This document shows positions 43,140 through 51,925 of a stretch of 52,403 nt of DNA, piece by piece (position 1 is the stretch's first letter; each line of letters starts with the position of its first letter). The translations under genes were made by a program, and so were the position numbers. The notes under the pieces were generated by a model that saw only the letters and a program-made list of their open reading frames with translations, was not told the DNA's origin and did no database searches. The stretch comes from a virus. Location of the stretch: IMG/VR virus record IMGVR_UViG_3300032782_000001, positions 1-52,403 of that record. One strand, 5' to 3'.

Positions 43140-44084
43140 GTGCGCGATCTATCGAGGCTCAGGTATTTGCTTAGGTGGGCCCAACTCAATAAGACCTTCG
43201 AAAGGGTCCCGGCCAGTGGAATCCATGTTCCGCTTCGCGACAGTGTGACCCGGTATCAAATCCCAGTGGCCGGGGCCGAATTCCGTCGTGTGAACAATCC
43301 GCACGGGAATCCCGTCGCCAAGCTCCTCGTGGGCTCTCAGGAGATCCAGATCGGAGCCGAGGGATTGGACGACGCCGAGAAGCTGGAAATTGCCCTGGAA
43401 ACTCTCTTCCAGGAGAGGCCGCCAGTGTGGGAATCTCCAGATCTTTCGGACGCCATTCAGCAGGCGTTGTCCCACGCTCGACGAGATGACGTCAAATCCC
43501 GTTTCAATAAGGTCGTCACCGGTCCCATGGACACCGATGAATATACCCATTGGATGAATTTCACCCTTGGTTTGGCTGAGGGGGAGTGTTCGAAAGAATC
43601 TCGAACGGAAATGGTCCTGGGCCATTACATCACCACGACTTATATCTTCAAAGGAACGGAAGCTCAAGCCATTTCCAGCTTGGAAGGACTCCGCGACGTC
43701 AAGCGAATGCCGACTCCGCGTCGTGTGCTCGTCAAAATGGTGCATCTCCGGATGTCGAAGATGCGCAAGGAAGTGGAAGAAGAGAACAATCGTCGGAGGA
43801 AGCAAAGGGCCGAAGACGCATTGCAAGCCAGCCTTCCTCCCAATGATCCGAACAAGCAGAAGAATTACCACCCTAGTGGTAAACCCGACGTCATTATTGG
43901 AGATCTGGATAACCGCGCCAATTGCAAGATGTCAGCATCCAAAGCCAACTATGACGCTGGGTACTGGACCATCCGGCGGGAAGCTGAAAACCTGATGAAA
44001 TGTCTGCAGCGAGAAGACATTGACGATAGCATTATTCACGATGCTTGGAAATTGTATCTCGTCGGCGATGTGATGCAATCATAA
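43140..44084 (+). CDS. hypothetical protein (about 314 aa), tail ...LVGDVMQS (tail family)
   Basis: ORF track; cassette at 43085-43139; start GTG ambiguous (43134 or 43140). Confidence 0.6.
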   Translation: MRDLSRLRYLLRWAQLNKTFERVPASGIHVPLRDSVTRYQIPVAGAEFRRVNNPHGNPVAKLLVGSQEIQIGAEGLDDAEKLEIALETLFQERPPVWESPDLSDAIQQALSHARRDDVKSRFNKVVTGPMDTDEYTHWMNFTLGLAEGECSKESRTEMVLGHYITTTYIFKGTEAQAISSLEGLRDVKRMPTPRRVLVKMVHLRMSKMRKEVEEENNRRRKQRAEDALQASLPPNDPNKQKNYHPSGKPDVIIGDLDNRANCKMSASKANYDAGYWTIRREAENLMKCLQREDIDDSIIHDAWKLYLVGDVMQS

Positions 44085-44085
44085 C

Positions 44086-44112
44086 TGGCAGGGGTTTACT
44101 AAACCCCTGCCA
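44086..44112. repeat. TGGCAGGGG hairpin family member (TGGCAGGGGTTTA-C-TAAACCCCTGCCA)
   Basis: read directly; intergenic. Confidence 0.7.
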
Positions 44113-44128
44113 CATATCTGGAGAAATT

Positions 44129-44581
44129 ATGTACGGGAGTGGCTCTTCCAATGAGCAGATGAATACGTTGCTGGCCGAGCGCATCTTCAAGTGGTTGCTC
44201 GACCGTGGTGATTTCATTGAATGGCTGGACCGCCAGCTCATGGACCAAGGATTGGAACTCTTCGCTCAATTGGACTCTCTCACCGCCATGGATGTTGGCC
44301 GAGTCCTTCTCGGCATGCCCGAATGGATTAAAACGAGGTACCGGACCGTTGGAGGTGGTGGCTCCGACGTCCCAACTTTCTTCACGGAGCGCGTGAAGGA
44401 AGAAGTGGCGAAAGATTCCTTCCTCGAGTCATGTGTTGGTAAGTCCGTCCCTGTGACCGCCGCCTGTTTGTCGATGGTCGGTGAGGCTGTCAAACGGACG
44501 AGGTTCTACACGGAGAATGCAACCGAGATGCGACGTCGGATCCGCCATACTAAGGTTGTCCGCCACGTCATGGACTCATGA
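44129..44581 (+). CDS. hypothetical protein (150 aa), tail ...KVVRHVMDS (tail family)
   Basis: ORF track 44045 trimmed to Met29 after TGGAGAAATT. Confidence 0.55.
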   Translation: MYGSGSSNEQMNTLLAERIFKWLLDRGDFIEWLDRQLMDQGLELFAQLDSLTAMDVGRVLLGMPEWIKTRYRTVGGGGSDVPTFFTERVKEEVAKDSFLESCVGKSVPVTAACLSMVGEAVKRTRFYTENATEMRRRIRHTKVVRHVMDS

Positions 44582-44919
44582 GCGTACTTTCCCTCGTGAG
44601 CAATCCATTCCAAAGCCTCGACGAGGCCTGTACGCGAGTTCTTGAACACCTATTTCCGGAGAACAACCGGACTGAAATCGTCATGGACTTATCCTATGAT
44701 GAGCAGGAACTCCTCAAGAGTGGCTGGGTCCGAGGTCTCAACGATTGGTGGCGTCATCCTGATGCTCCACTGGATGAGAGCATGAGTCTCTTCTTTGCGA
44801 AGAAGGTGCAAAGGAAGATCGCTCAGTACGACATGCGGAAAGACCAGGAATGGCGGAAAGACTACACGTCCTACCGCATGGCCGTGTCTTCAGTCCACTT
44901 CGACACCTTTACTGACTAA
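44578..44919 (+). CDS. hypothetical protein (113 aa)
   Basis: ORF track; ATGA overlap. Confidence 0.55.
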   Translation: MSVLSLVSNPFQSLDEACTRVLEHLFPENNRTEIVMDLSYDEQELLKSGWVRGLNDWWRHPDAPLDESMSLFFAKKVQRKIAQYDMRKDQEWRKDYTSYRMAVSSVHFDTFTD

Positions 44920-45016
44920 ACACCCCGCTTTCAAACAGACCGAAAGGCCCCGATAGAGCATGCCGTGGCGGCGTAAATTCCCATCGATCGGCCGTACCGA
45001 TCGGTGGAGGTGACAC

Positions 45017-46285
45017 GTGTCCGATCTCATCGAAGGTCAGATCCAATACGTCCAAGGGAGTGGGAAGAAGCCTTATGAGCTCCAGCTCAAAGGCGGCGTC
45101 TACAGCTGCTCTTGCATGGCTTGGCGCAACCAGAGCATCCCCATCAACAAGAGGACGTGCAAGCATCTCAAAATGGTGCGCGGAGACGCCGCCGAACAAG
45201 TGCGCGTCTCCGGAACTTTCCATCAAGCCGGCGTCACGTCGGGCCGCATTCAAACGGCAGTTCCCAACCAGACCAAGCCGCCACGCACCGACCCTGATTA
45301 TGAATTCACGCCGCAAGAAGACGGCCGCATCCCGATCATGACGTCGGACGAGTACGTGGCGGCGCAGCGACAGGCATTGACCCTTCTTGCAGAAGGGTCC
45401 TTTCGGGACAAGGAGTCCGTTCTCGCAGACGCCGAGCTGAAGGCCGGTCGCAAGCTTCGCCCCGACGAGAAGACCAAGCTCTTCGGGCCGCCCGTGCTCC
45501 TCGCGCATCCGTTCGAGGACGCCGAGGGCGTGGACCCGACGGGCTGGTGGATGTCCGAGAAGCTGGATGGGGTGCGCGCTTACTGGGACGGCAAGCAGTT
45601 CCTCTCGCGCCAGGGCAATGTCTTCCACGCGCCAGATTGGTTCAAGGCGGGTCTGCCGGACCATCCGCTCGATGGCGAACTCTGGACGGACCGTCGATCC
45701 TTCCAGCAGACCATCAGCATCGTCAAGTCGATTGATGCGGGTGAGAGGTGGAAGGCCATCAAGTACATGGTCTTCGATCTCCCGCACCTGACCACGCATT
45801 TCGAGCACCGGTACGAGCAGCTCGACAATCTCATGCTCGCCTCCACGAGCAAAGTGCTCAAGATGGTACAGCAGCGCTCATGCACGAGTCTGAACGACCT
45901 CAAGCAGGAACTCGAAAGGGTCGTCAAGCTTGGAGCCGAAGGGCTCATGATCCGCAAGCCCAAAAGCATGTACGAAGCGGGCCGAAGTTGGTCCATCCTG
46001 AAGGTGAAGCCATGGCGTGATTCCGAAGCCACCGTCGTTGGCTATGAGGCCGGAAAGGGTCGTCACAAGGGCAGGACGGGCGGGCTTATCGTCCGGCTCG
46101 ATGTCCCCTTCACCGACCCTCGTCTGAAGCGCGGCGCTGAATTCAATATCGGCACGGGCCTCTCGGACGAAGACCGCCGCAACCCTCCGGCCATTGGGAA
46201 GGTAGTCACGTTCCGCTACATGGACACCACCGATGCGGGGGTCCCGAAGGGCGCCAGCTTCGTCTCAGTGCGGGATTACGAATGA
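45017..46285 (+). CDS. ATP-dependent DNA ligase with N-terminal SWIM-type zinc finger
   Basis: SWIM-like CSCMAWRNQ...CKHL; ligase motif I EKLDGVRAY, motif III LDGELW, motif V EGLMIRKP..ILKVK; GGAGGTGACAC-GTG; cassette at 44955-45016. Confidence 0.8.
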   Translation: MSDLIEGQIQYVQGSGKKPYELQLKGGVYSCSCMAWRNQSIPINKRTCKHLKMVRGDAAEQVRVSGTFHQAGVTSGRIQTAVPNQTKPPRTDPDYEFTPQEDGRIPIMTSDEYVAAQRQALTLLAEGSFRDKESVLADAELKAGRKLRPDEKTKLFGPPVLLAHPFEDAEGVDPTGWWMSEKLDGVRAYWDGKQFLSRQGNVFHAPDWFKAGLPDHPLDGELWTDRRSFQQTISIVKSIDAGERWKAIKYMVFDLPHLTTHFEHRYEQLDNLMLASTSKVLKMVQQRSCTSLNDLKQELERVVKLGAEGLMIRKPKSMYEAGRSWSILKVKPWRDSEATVVGYEAGKGRHKGRTGGLIVRLDVPFTDPRLKRGAEFNIGTGLSDEDRRNPPAIGKVVTFRYMDTTDAGVPKGASFVSVRDYE

Positions 46286-46512
46286 CTATGGGCAGTCAAA
46301 AAGCCCCTACCGTGAAATCGACTATTAGGTCCTCTCCACGAGGAGGGAATCAGAACAAGACCAGCACGTTCGTCAACGAACCGGCTGTGGAGATCACCTT
46401 GGCGAATTACCGGCATTCTCAGGTGCTATCCATCAAACAGGCGGAAGTTCTCGCCAAGAAACTCATGAAACTCGTCAACGAACACAAGGTCCGGGAGGTC
46501 ATGGAATCATGA
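46282..46512 (+). CDS. hypothetical protein (76 aa), tail ...HKVREVMES (tail family)
   Basis: ORF track; ATGA overlap. Confidence 0.5.
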   Translation: MTMGSQKAPTVKSTIRSSPRGGNQNKTSTFVNEPAVEITLANYRHSQVLSIKQAEVLAKKLMKLVNEHKVREVMES

Positions 46513-46664
46513 GGCGCGAAGAAGACTGTTACCACGACTGGGAGCTCACCTACGCCGACGGCCCGCTCGATACTTCCGACTGGAAGTGCAAATGCTGTGG
46601 GAAGCATGTCGTCGGACAACGAGGGCAAGAGCCTCCTCCTGCCCGCGACAACGAGGAGTCATGA
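46509..46664 (+). CDS. small Cys-rich protein (51 aa; ...WKCKCCGKH...)
   Basis: hand-translated; ATGA overlaps at both ends; below ORF-track size cut-off. Confidence 0.4.
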   Translation: MRREEDCYHDWELTYADGPLDTSDWKCKCCGKHVVGQRGQEPPPARDNEES

Positions 46665-46897
46665 AAGCGATTGCTCCCGAGAGCCTCACGGAGTCTCTCA
46701 ACGAGATCATCTCTACATGCATTCACGGACCTGGAGGTGACCCTGACCGTTGCCATATGAGGGCCGCCGCTAAAGCATTCGTCCTCCTGCGGCGCATGGG
46801 ACTCCCCATCCATGGGGAGGAGGATTATGAAGATCAGCTGAGGAAGTGCAATGCCTCGGAAGTTGACTTCCTGGCAGAAGAAGGGCTCCCCGAATGA
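46661..46897 (+). CDS. hypothetical protein (78 aa)
   Basis: ORF track 46586 trimmed to Met26 (ATGA overlap). Confidence 0.5.
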   Translation: MKAIAPESLTESLNEIISTCIHGPGGDPDRCHMRAAAKAFVLLRRMGLPIHGEEDYEDQLRKCNASEVDFLAEEGLPE

Positions 46898-47328
46898 AAT
46901 TCTTCGTTCCTGCCTGCGGAGATCGCATCATCCTCATGAAGCCATGGACCTTCCCTCTCTATCTGGAGAAGCGGAACATGCAATTCGCCAAAGTCCGCGG
47001 CTTGGTGGACGCCAAGGCGGATAATTGGATGGGCGTCAGGGAAGGTGATCGTTGGACTGGCAAGTACAAATCTGTAAGCATCACGCTCGGAGCCGGCACG
47101 ATCATCGAGTGTGATCGCATTTATATCCGCACTTTCAACAAGTCCCGGATCCATCTGGAAGAGGATTACGACAGCATTACCTGGAAAGTGACTAATAACG
47201 GGAAAGCCGTTCGACATGGTCGTTTCTGGGTGAAACTCCCAGATTGCTACAATATTGAATTCGAGCTCCAGGTAGACTCTCTCTATCGAGATCGGGTCAA
47301 GGTTGTCAAGGAGGTTATGGAATCGTGA
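46894..47328 (+). CDS. hypothetical protein (144 aa), tail ...VKVVKEVMES (tail family)
   Basis: ORF track. Confidence 0.55.
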   Translation: MKFFVPACGDRIILMKPWTFPLYLEKRNMQFAKVRGLVDAKADNWMGVREGDRWTGKYKSVSITLGAGTIIECDRIYIRTFNKSRIHLEEDYDSITWKVTNNGKAVRHGRFWVKLPDCYNIEFELQVDSLYRDRVKVVKEVMES

Positions 47329-47603
47329 AGCTGTTTCTCCCAACGGGTCGGAGATGCAACTTCAAGGTAGCTCGTGATTCCTCCAATCCACCTTCGAAAC
47401 ATGACGTAAAACTTTGCGGTGAACCAACCATTGCGTATTGGTTAACTAAACCAGATGTTATACCGTTTGACGAACATCATCAATTGGTTAAACGGTGTGA
47501 GGAGCATACTCCTAATACTCGCCATTGGATGAGCTCTCGAGGAGAGTGGTGGTCCGAGATTTCTGAACAAGAACTGATCGTATTGGAGGTGATGGAATCA
47601 TGA
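47325..47603 (+). CDS. Cys-containing small protein, tail ...QELIVLEVMES (tail family)
   Basis: ORF track; GTGA overlap. Confidence 0.5.
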   Translation: MKLFLPTGRRCNFKVARDSSNPPSKHDVKLCGEPTIAYWLTKPDVIPFDEHHQLVKRCEEHTPNTRHWMSSRGEWWSEISEQELIVLEVMES

Positions 47604-47830
47604 TCAAAGGCAGCCAAATCAATACCGCGTCTCAAGTCGCCCGAGATCTGGAAGAGATCAAGATGAAGATCCGTGATCTCCAGAAGAAACTCGGTTCTGC
47701 GCAGTTGAACGACGACGCGTCGAAGCTTGGCGGTCTTGCCGAGCACTGTTGGGAAATTTCTCATGGTCTCGAACGCAAGGCTCTTGAATCGTTCTTGGCA
47801 GCTCGTCGTGGAGAGGAGCTGCCGCAATGA
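47600..47830 (+). CDS. hypothetical protein (76 aa)
   Basis: ORF track; ATGA overlap. Confidence 0.5.
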   Translation: MIKGSQINTASQVARDLEEIKMKIRDLQKKLGSAQLNDDASKLGGLAEHCWEISHGLERKALESFLAARRGEELPQ

Positions 47831-48009
47831 CCAGGAGCCGTCTAGATGATGCTAATGCCTCAAGGCAACGAATGAGTGATGCTGCCAAGAAGGCATTTCT
47901 CGCACGCTTCCGGAAAGAGTGTGTTCGAGGTCTCCGAGGTGGAGTGACCTCAGAAGAGCTGCAACAAGCTCTCGACATGGCCCTTGTCCAAGACGTCCAC
48001 GAATCATGA
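47827..48009 (+). CDS. small basic protein, tail ...LVQDVHES (tail family, His variant)
   Basis: ORF track. Confidence 0.5.
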   Translation: MTRSRLDDANASRQRMSDAAKKAFLARFRKECVRGLRGGVTSEELQQALDMALVQDVHES

Positions 48010-48242
48010 GCGATTCCGATAATGTCCACTACGTCTATCGACTGGAGGATGTGTATTATTCAGATCGGATCTTTCATCCTGAGATTCTCGTAGAGAGGAA
48101 GGACGGTCTTTACGTCTACAATGGTGACACCTGCATCCAATCCCACTTCTTGGCTGAACTCTGCGGTCGAGATCTGACTTGCCGAGAAGCCAACATAATG
48201 AAATCTCGACTCCAACAGGTTGCTGACGTTCAGGATGCCTGA
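48006..48242 (+). CDS. hypothetical protein (78 aa)
   Basis: ORF track 47919 trimmed to Met30 (ATGA overlap). Confidence 0.5.
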   Translation: MSDSDNVHYVYRLEDVYYSDRIFHPEILVERKDGLYVYNGDTCIQSHFLAELCGRDLTCREANIMKSRLQQVADVQDA

Positions 48243-48326
48243 TGTATGGCATGGATCAGCTTTATCCTTGTCATATATTTTGTAAAGCTATGTCATAGAT
48301 CTTGGAAATTATGAGATTCTGAACCC

Positions 48327-48557
48327 ATGTCGAATTCCAAAAAATCTCACCCATTTTACGTCGCTCGGAGAGCGTACATATATGAGCCAGGGAAACGCTC
48401 TCTACCTGAATATCTCGTAATTCATACCTCTCAGGAATATTGCATCGGGTGTTTCACGCGATCAGGTTATGAAATTGTCAGCGTGAAGCTCGGAATGCGA
48501 CACGCAAAAAGATTAGCTGGCAAGCTAAACGACGTTCGGAAAATCATGGATTCCTGA
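48327..48557 (+). CDS. small protein, tail ...NDVRKIMDS (tail family), AT-rich
   Basis: ORF track; AT-rich leader with TGTCATA direct repeats. Confidence 0.5.
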   Translation: MSNSKKSHPFYVARRAYIYEPGKRSLPEYLVIHTSQEYCIGCFTRSGYEIVSVKLGMRHAKRLAGKLNDVRKIMDS

Positions 48558-48977
48558 ATGGATGATCTGGAGATTCAATCAAGAATAACTTCTCTTCAAG
48601 AATCCAAGCGGATCACATCTGCGGTGGAGGCCATATTGAATGAGGTAAATCTTGGAGAGATATTCCAGTTTATCCAATTGGGAGTCATGGAATCTGTCGA
48701 TCAAGGGCCGCTTTTAACTGCCATCTGGTCTGTGCCTAATGCGGATGACTTGAGCACGACAATGAAATTCCGGGCTGTCACTGAAATTATGGTCAAACCG
48801 GAAGACTCGGATTTCGTTCCAACAATCCATAAAACGTGTCGAGCCTTAGTGTTTCATGTATTGGCTCATGAACTACATGAATTTTATCAGTACCAAGGGA
48901 AAAGAGTATTTGAGCCTCATCCCACAGGCAACGTGAGCCCATTCATCATCCGATGGATGATGATACCTATACCATGA
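48558..48977 (+). CDS. hypothetical protein (139 aa)
   Basis: ORF track. Confidence 0.5.
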   Translation: MDDLEIQSRITSLQESKRITSAVEAILNEVNLGEIFQFIQLGVMESVDQGPLLTAIWSVPNADDLSTTMKFRAVTEIMVKPEDSDFVPTIHKTCRALVFHVLAHELHEFYQYQGKRVFEPHPTGNVSPFIIRWMMIPIP

Positions 48978-49029
48978 AGTAGCAGGAATTCTTACGATTC
49001 TGACGTACAGATATGTGGAGGCAATTCGA

Positions 49030-49725
49030 ATGAAGGACAACGAGGAACGGAGCACGCACGAGAGTTACGGGATGGTGAGCTTCAGCCGGCGCACCGGGAA
49101 CCCGGGACGCTTGTTTGGTTCTCCACTCAATCAGCACGAAAGTTACGTTTGCCTCTCCATCCGCAAGTCGGAACTCATCCGAGATGGCCTCCATGATAGG
49201 ACATACGGCTCGATTCGGGGTGACCTCATTGAGGTGGACATGTCGGCAGCGCAGTTTGCCGAACTTCTGACGACCATGAACGTTGGCATGGGAGTCCCAT
49301 GCACGATTTCCAGTTTCAACGGGCGTCAAATGGAAAGGCCCCCGGAGATCGAGCATGAAGTGGAGAAGGTTCGCACGACCTTCAAGAAGGAACTTTCCAA
49401 TCTTGTCGCAGAGACCAAGAAGAACACCAAAGAAATTTGGGACCTTTTGGACACGAAAGGTTCTCTCTCGAAGGCTGACCGCGAGAAGATCAAAGCTCAT
49501 TTGAGTCACATCAGTATGGAGCTGGAAGCCAACATGCCTTACACGTTGGATATGTTCCGAGAAGCGACCGAAAAGGTCGTCGTTCACGCGAAAGCTGAAG
49601 TGGACGCGTTTGTGACGGCAAACGTCGTCCAAACCGGTCTTCGGACCCTCATCGAACAATCCCAGAAATCTCAGACTCCAGCACTGCCTGCACCGGAGGA
49701 CGATGAGACGGCCGGAGACCGTTGA
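49030..49725 (+). CDS. hypothetical protein (231 aa)
   Basis: ORF track 49015 trimmed to Met6 after TGGAGGCAATTCGA. Confidence 0.55.
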   Translation: MKDNEERSTHESYGMVSFSRRTGNPGRLFGSPLNQHESYVCLSIRKSELIRDGLHDRTYGSIRGDLIEVDMSAAQFAELLTTMNVGMGVPCTISSFNGRQMERPPEIEHEVEKVRTTFKKELSNLVAETKKNTKEIWDLLDTKGSLSKADREKIKAHLSHISMELEANMPYTLDMFREATEKVVVHAKAEVDAFVTANVVQTGLRTLIEQSQKSQTPALPAPEDDETAGDR

Positions 49726-49755
49726 GATCTAATCTTCCCAACGTACGTTCGGTTC

Positions 49756-49884
49756 ATGGCTAAAAAATCTAAGCCTTGTTGCCCCAAGTGCAAGTCGAAG
49801 GACTTGAAGGTATATCAAGTCGTCCACAACGTCCCGCACTATCGCTGCCAGGGATGCAACTGGGAAGGCCGACCGAAGAAGTAA
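49756..49884 (+). CDS. 4-Cys zinc-ribbon mini-protein (42 aa; CPKC...CQGC)
   Basis: hand-translated; below ORF-track size cut-off; no SD. Confidence 0.4.
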   Translation: MAKKSKPCCPKCKSKDLKVYQVVHNVPHYRCQGCNWEGRPKK

Positions 49885-49916
49885 ATGGGAGACAAGATAA
49901 TAGTCTTGTCTCCCAT
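49885..49916. terminator. bidirectional rho-independent-type terminator (12-bp stem ATGGGAGACAAG..CTTGTCTCCCAT, T-rich tail)
   Basis: read directly; sits between convergent genes 49756..49884 (+) and 49951..50169 (-). Confidence 0.6.
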
Positions 49917-49950
49917 TTCCGTATTTGTATGCATTTGTGTTTGTTCGGCC

Positions 49951-50169
49951 CTAACGAACGTGAACAGGTCCAATGACTGGGCCTCCCCCAATCCCTCCAA
50001 GGATTGAGACGAGCCATATAATCAAAAAAATCGCGCAGATAACCAGAACCGCGATCCGTGCAAAATTCTTGATAGCCGGATCGATGGGCAGGAGAGATAC
50101 TACGTAGAGCAAAAGCCCTACGATAATCGCAATCACGATGGCGTAGATTAGCAACGCAACAAGCGACAT
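49951..50169 (-). CDS. small hydrophobic membrane protein (2 TM, 72 aa)
   Basis: ORF track; AGGAGGTTGAGTT-ATG. Confidence 0.55.
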   Translation of the reverse strand: MSLVALLIYAIVIAIIVGLLLYVVSLLPIDPAIKNFARIAVLVICAIFLIIWLVSILGGIGGGPVIGPVHVR

Positions 50170-50217
50170 AACTCAACCTCCTAGGGAACGGGGCTGTTAG
50201 TGTGGCGCTTGTGTTGG

Positions 50218-50448
50218 CTAGGCTGCCACGGGTGGGACGATCTTGTATTCCCGCTCGGGATGAACGATTTTGAGTTCGTCCACTTTGGCAGTGGCTTCTT
50301 CAGCAGTCGCGAACTCTCCCTTCAACGTCTTGTACTCAGACTGGCCTGCGGTGTTGTCACGCCATTGGATGACGAACAGGAGCCGATGTTTCCCGGATTC
50401 GGGGGCATTCGTATCTTCTACGTTGGACTGGGTGTTGTGCTTTGCCAT
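50218..50448 (-). CDS. hypothetical protein (76 aa)
   Basis: ORF track; AT-rich upstream region with perfect 15-bp palindrome AACCTGATACAGGTT at about 50508-50522. Confidence 0.5.
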   Translation of the reverse strand: MAKHNTQSNVEDTNAPESGKHRLLFVIQWRDNTAGQSEYKTLKGEFATAEEATAKVDELKIVHPEREYKIVPPVAA

Positions 50449-50733
50449 AAGAATACTTTTAGCAATATTTGTTCCATATTGGTGAATTCATTCTAACGGT
50501 TAAGTGTGCCAACCTGTATCAGGTTGAATATGACTAATAATAATGTATATCATGATTCTTCCAAGAACACTCGTTCCGACCGATGGAAATTCTGGTGTCA
50601 GCAGGGTACCGATTTTAGGAACAGACCTCAGGAATCCTGGTAGGTTACGCTAAATGGCACCTCTCCGAGGTACTATTTAATAGCCCCGGTTCTTGAGAAG
50701 GTCCGGCTTTTTAGGATCGGGGCTGTTAAATAC

Positions 50734-51120
50734 ATGTCGGACTGTCCCAAAGACTTGGTGTTTCCGTTCCATTATGAGAGCGGTGGAATTTCTTGGCACT
50801 TGGAACGGCCCCTCCGTGAAGGTGGTCGGTTTTCAACATCGGTCAACGGGATAACATCTGAATTCTGGCTGACGGGATCTGAACGTTGGTCCGGCCGACG
50901 CCGGATTCTTCCTGGTTTAATCCGTCGTTTTGTTCGAAAATGCCGGAAACTTCGGCCTGGTCACATATGGTCAGTCCAGTCTCTAGATTTCGGGACTTGG
51001 GGAGTCTCGTGTGTCCATTGTGGACTCAATCAACATTGGGTTCCAAGATTCCGTGATGTCCCTGATCTCGGTACCCTGAATTGCAGAATGCGTCAGGTAT
51101 CTCAAGTGATGGAGAGTTGA
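50734..51120 (+). CDS. Cys-containing protein (128 aa), tail ...RMRQVSQVMES (tail family)
   Basis: ORF track. Confidence 0.5.
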   Translation: MSDCPKDLVFPFHYESGGISWHLERPLREGGRFSTSVNGITSEFWLTGSERWSGRRRILPGLIRRFVRKCRKLRPGHIWSVQSLDFGTWGVSCVHCGLNQHWVPRFRDVPDLGTLNCRMRQVSQVMES

Positions 51121-51130
51121 CGGAGGGCTA

Positions 51131-51415
51131 ATGACCTCTGTAATCGGAATCGAACAAGTTATTGCTTGCCTCTGTCAAAGGAAAATTTCTTTGGTCGATG
51201 AAATTCATCAGCGGGACGAAGCCGATATGGCTCTGGCGGATCTCTTCGGGGGATCCGAAATCATGTTGGACCTTTCTAAAGAATTCCGATCAGATGGTGC
51301 CTGGTTGATTGTCACCTGGTGGTTAGAAACTGAAATGGAACAATCTCAATTTGAGGTTCCTGTGGAAATGCTTTGTCCTGGAAACGAATCTGTTTTGATT
51401 GTTATGCTTTCTTAA
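51131..51415 (+). CDS. acidic hypothetical protein (94 aa)
   Basis: ORF track; ACGGAGGGCTA-ATG. Confidence 0.55.
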   Translation: MTSVIGIEQVIACLCQRKISLVDEIHQRDEADMALADLFGGSEIMLDLSKEFRSDGAWLIVTWWLETEMEQSQFEVPVEMLCPGNESVLIVMLS

Positions 51416-51496
51416 ATATATGGCATATATTAAAACGACCCTTCTGCCATATATTCACGGTATGCCACATATTTAAACGATCCCTGCCATGCGTCC

Positions 51497-51925
51497 ATGC
51501 GATTTCAGTTCTTGAGCGTAAGATCTGACGTGGGGCAATATCGTATTGACCCGTCTCTCTTACCGGATTTGAGTGAGTTTGATACTACTAAGCCCGAACT
51601 TCAAACCCCTGCTCTTCCATCAGAGCACGTTTCGATCGTCTCAGACGGTATATTAGGTGAAGAATTCGGTGGTTGTTGGACGGTCGTTGACCGAGGGGAG
51701 CGGAGACCTCCAGGACAAAAACGATATGGGGTTGTGTCGTTTGATCATCAGCCGGCTAGGGTAATCATTCGCCCAGATCCATGGCGAGCAAAGAACGGAG
51801 CCAAGATCACTGTCGATCCCTCATCTCCTCCTGTTATTCTTTCTGAAGGAGGCCCTATGACGTATGAAGAAGCGTGCGAATCTGCTCGCCGCATGAATGA
51901 GATTTTGGAAGTTCACGAGTCTTAA
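51497..51925 (+). CDS. hypothetical protein (142 aa), tail ...NEILEVHES (tail family, His variant)
   Basis: ORF track; preceded by degenerate TGCCAT repeats at 51420-51490. Confidence 0.5.
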   Translation: MRFQFLSVRSDVGQYRIDPSLLPDLSEFDTTKPELQTPALPSEHVSIVSDGILGEEFGGCWTVVDRGERRPPGQKRYGVVSFDHQPARVIIRPDPWRAKNGAKITVDPSSPPVILSEGGPMTYEEACESARRMNEILEVHES

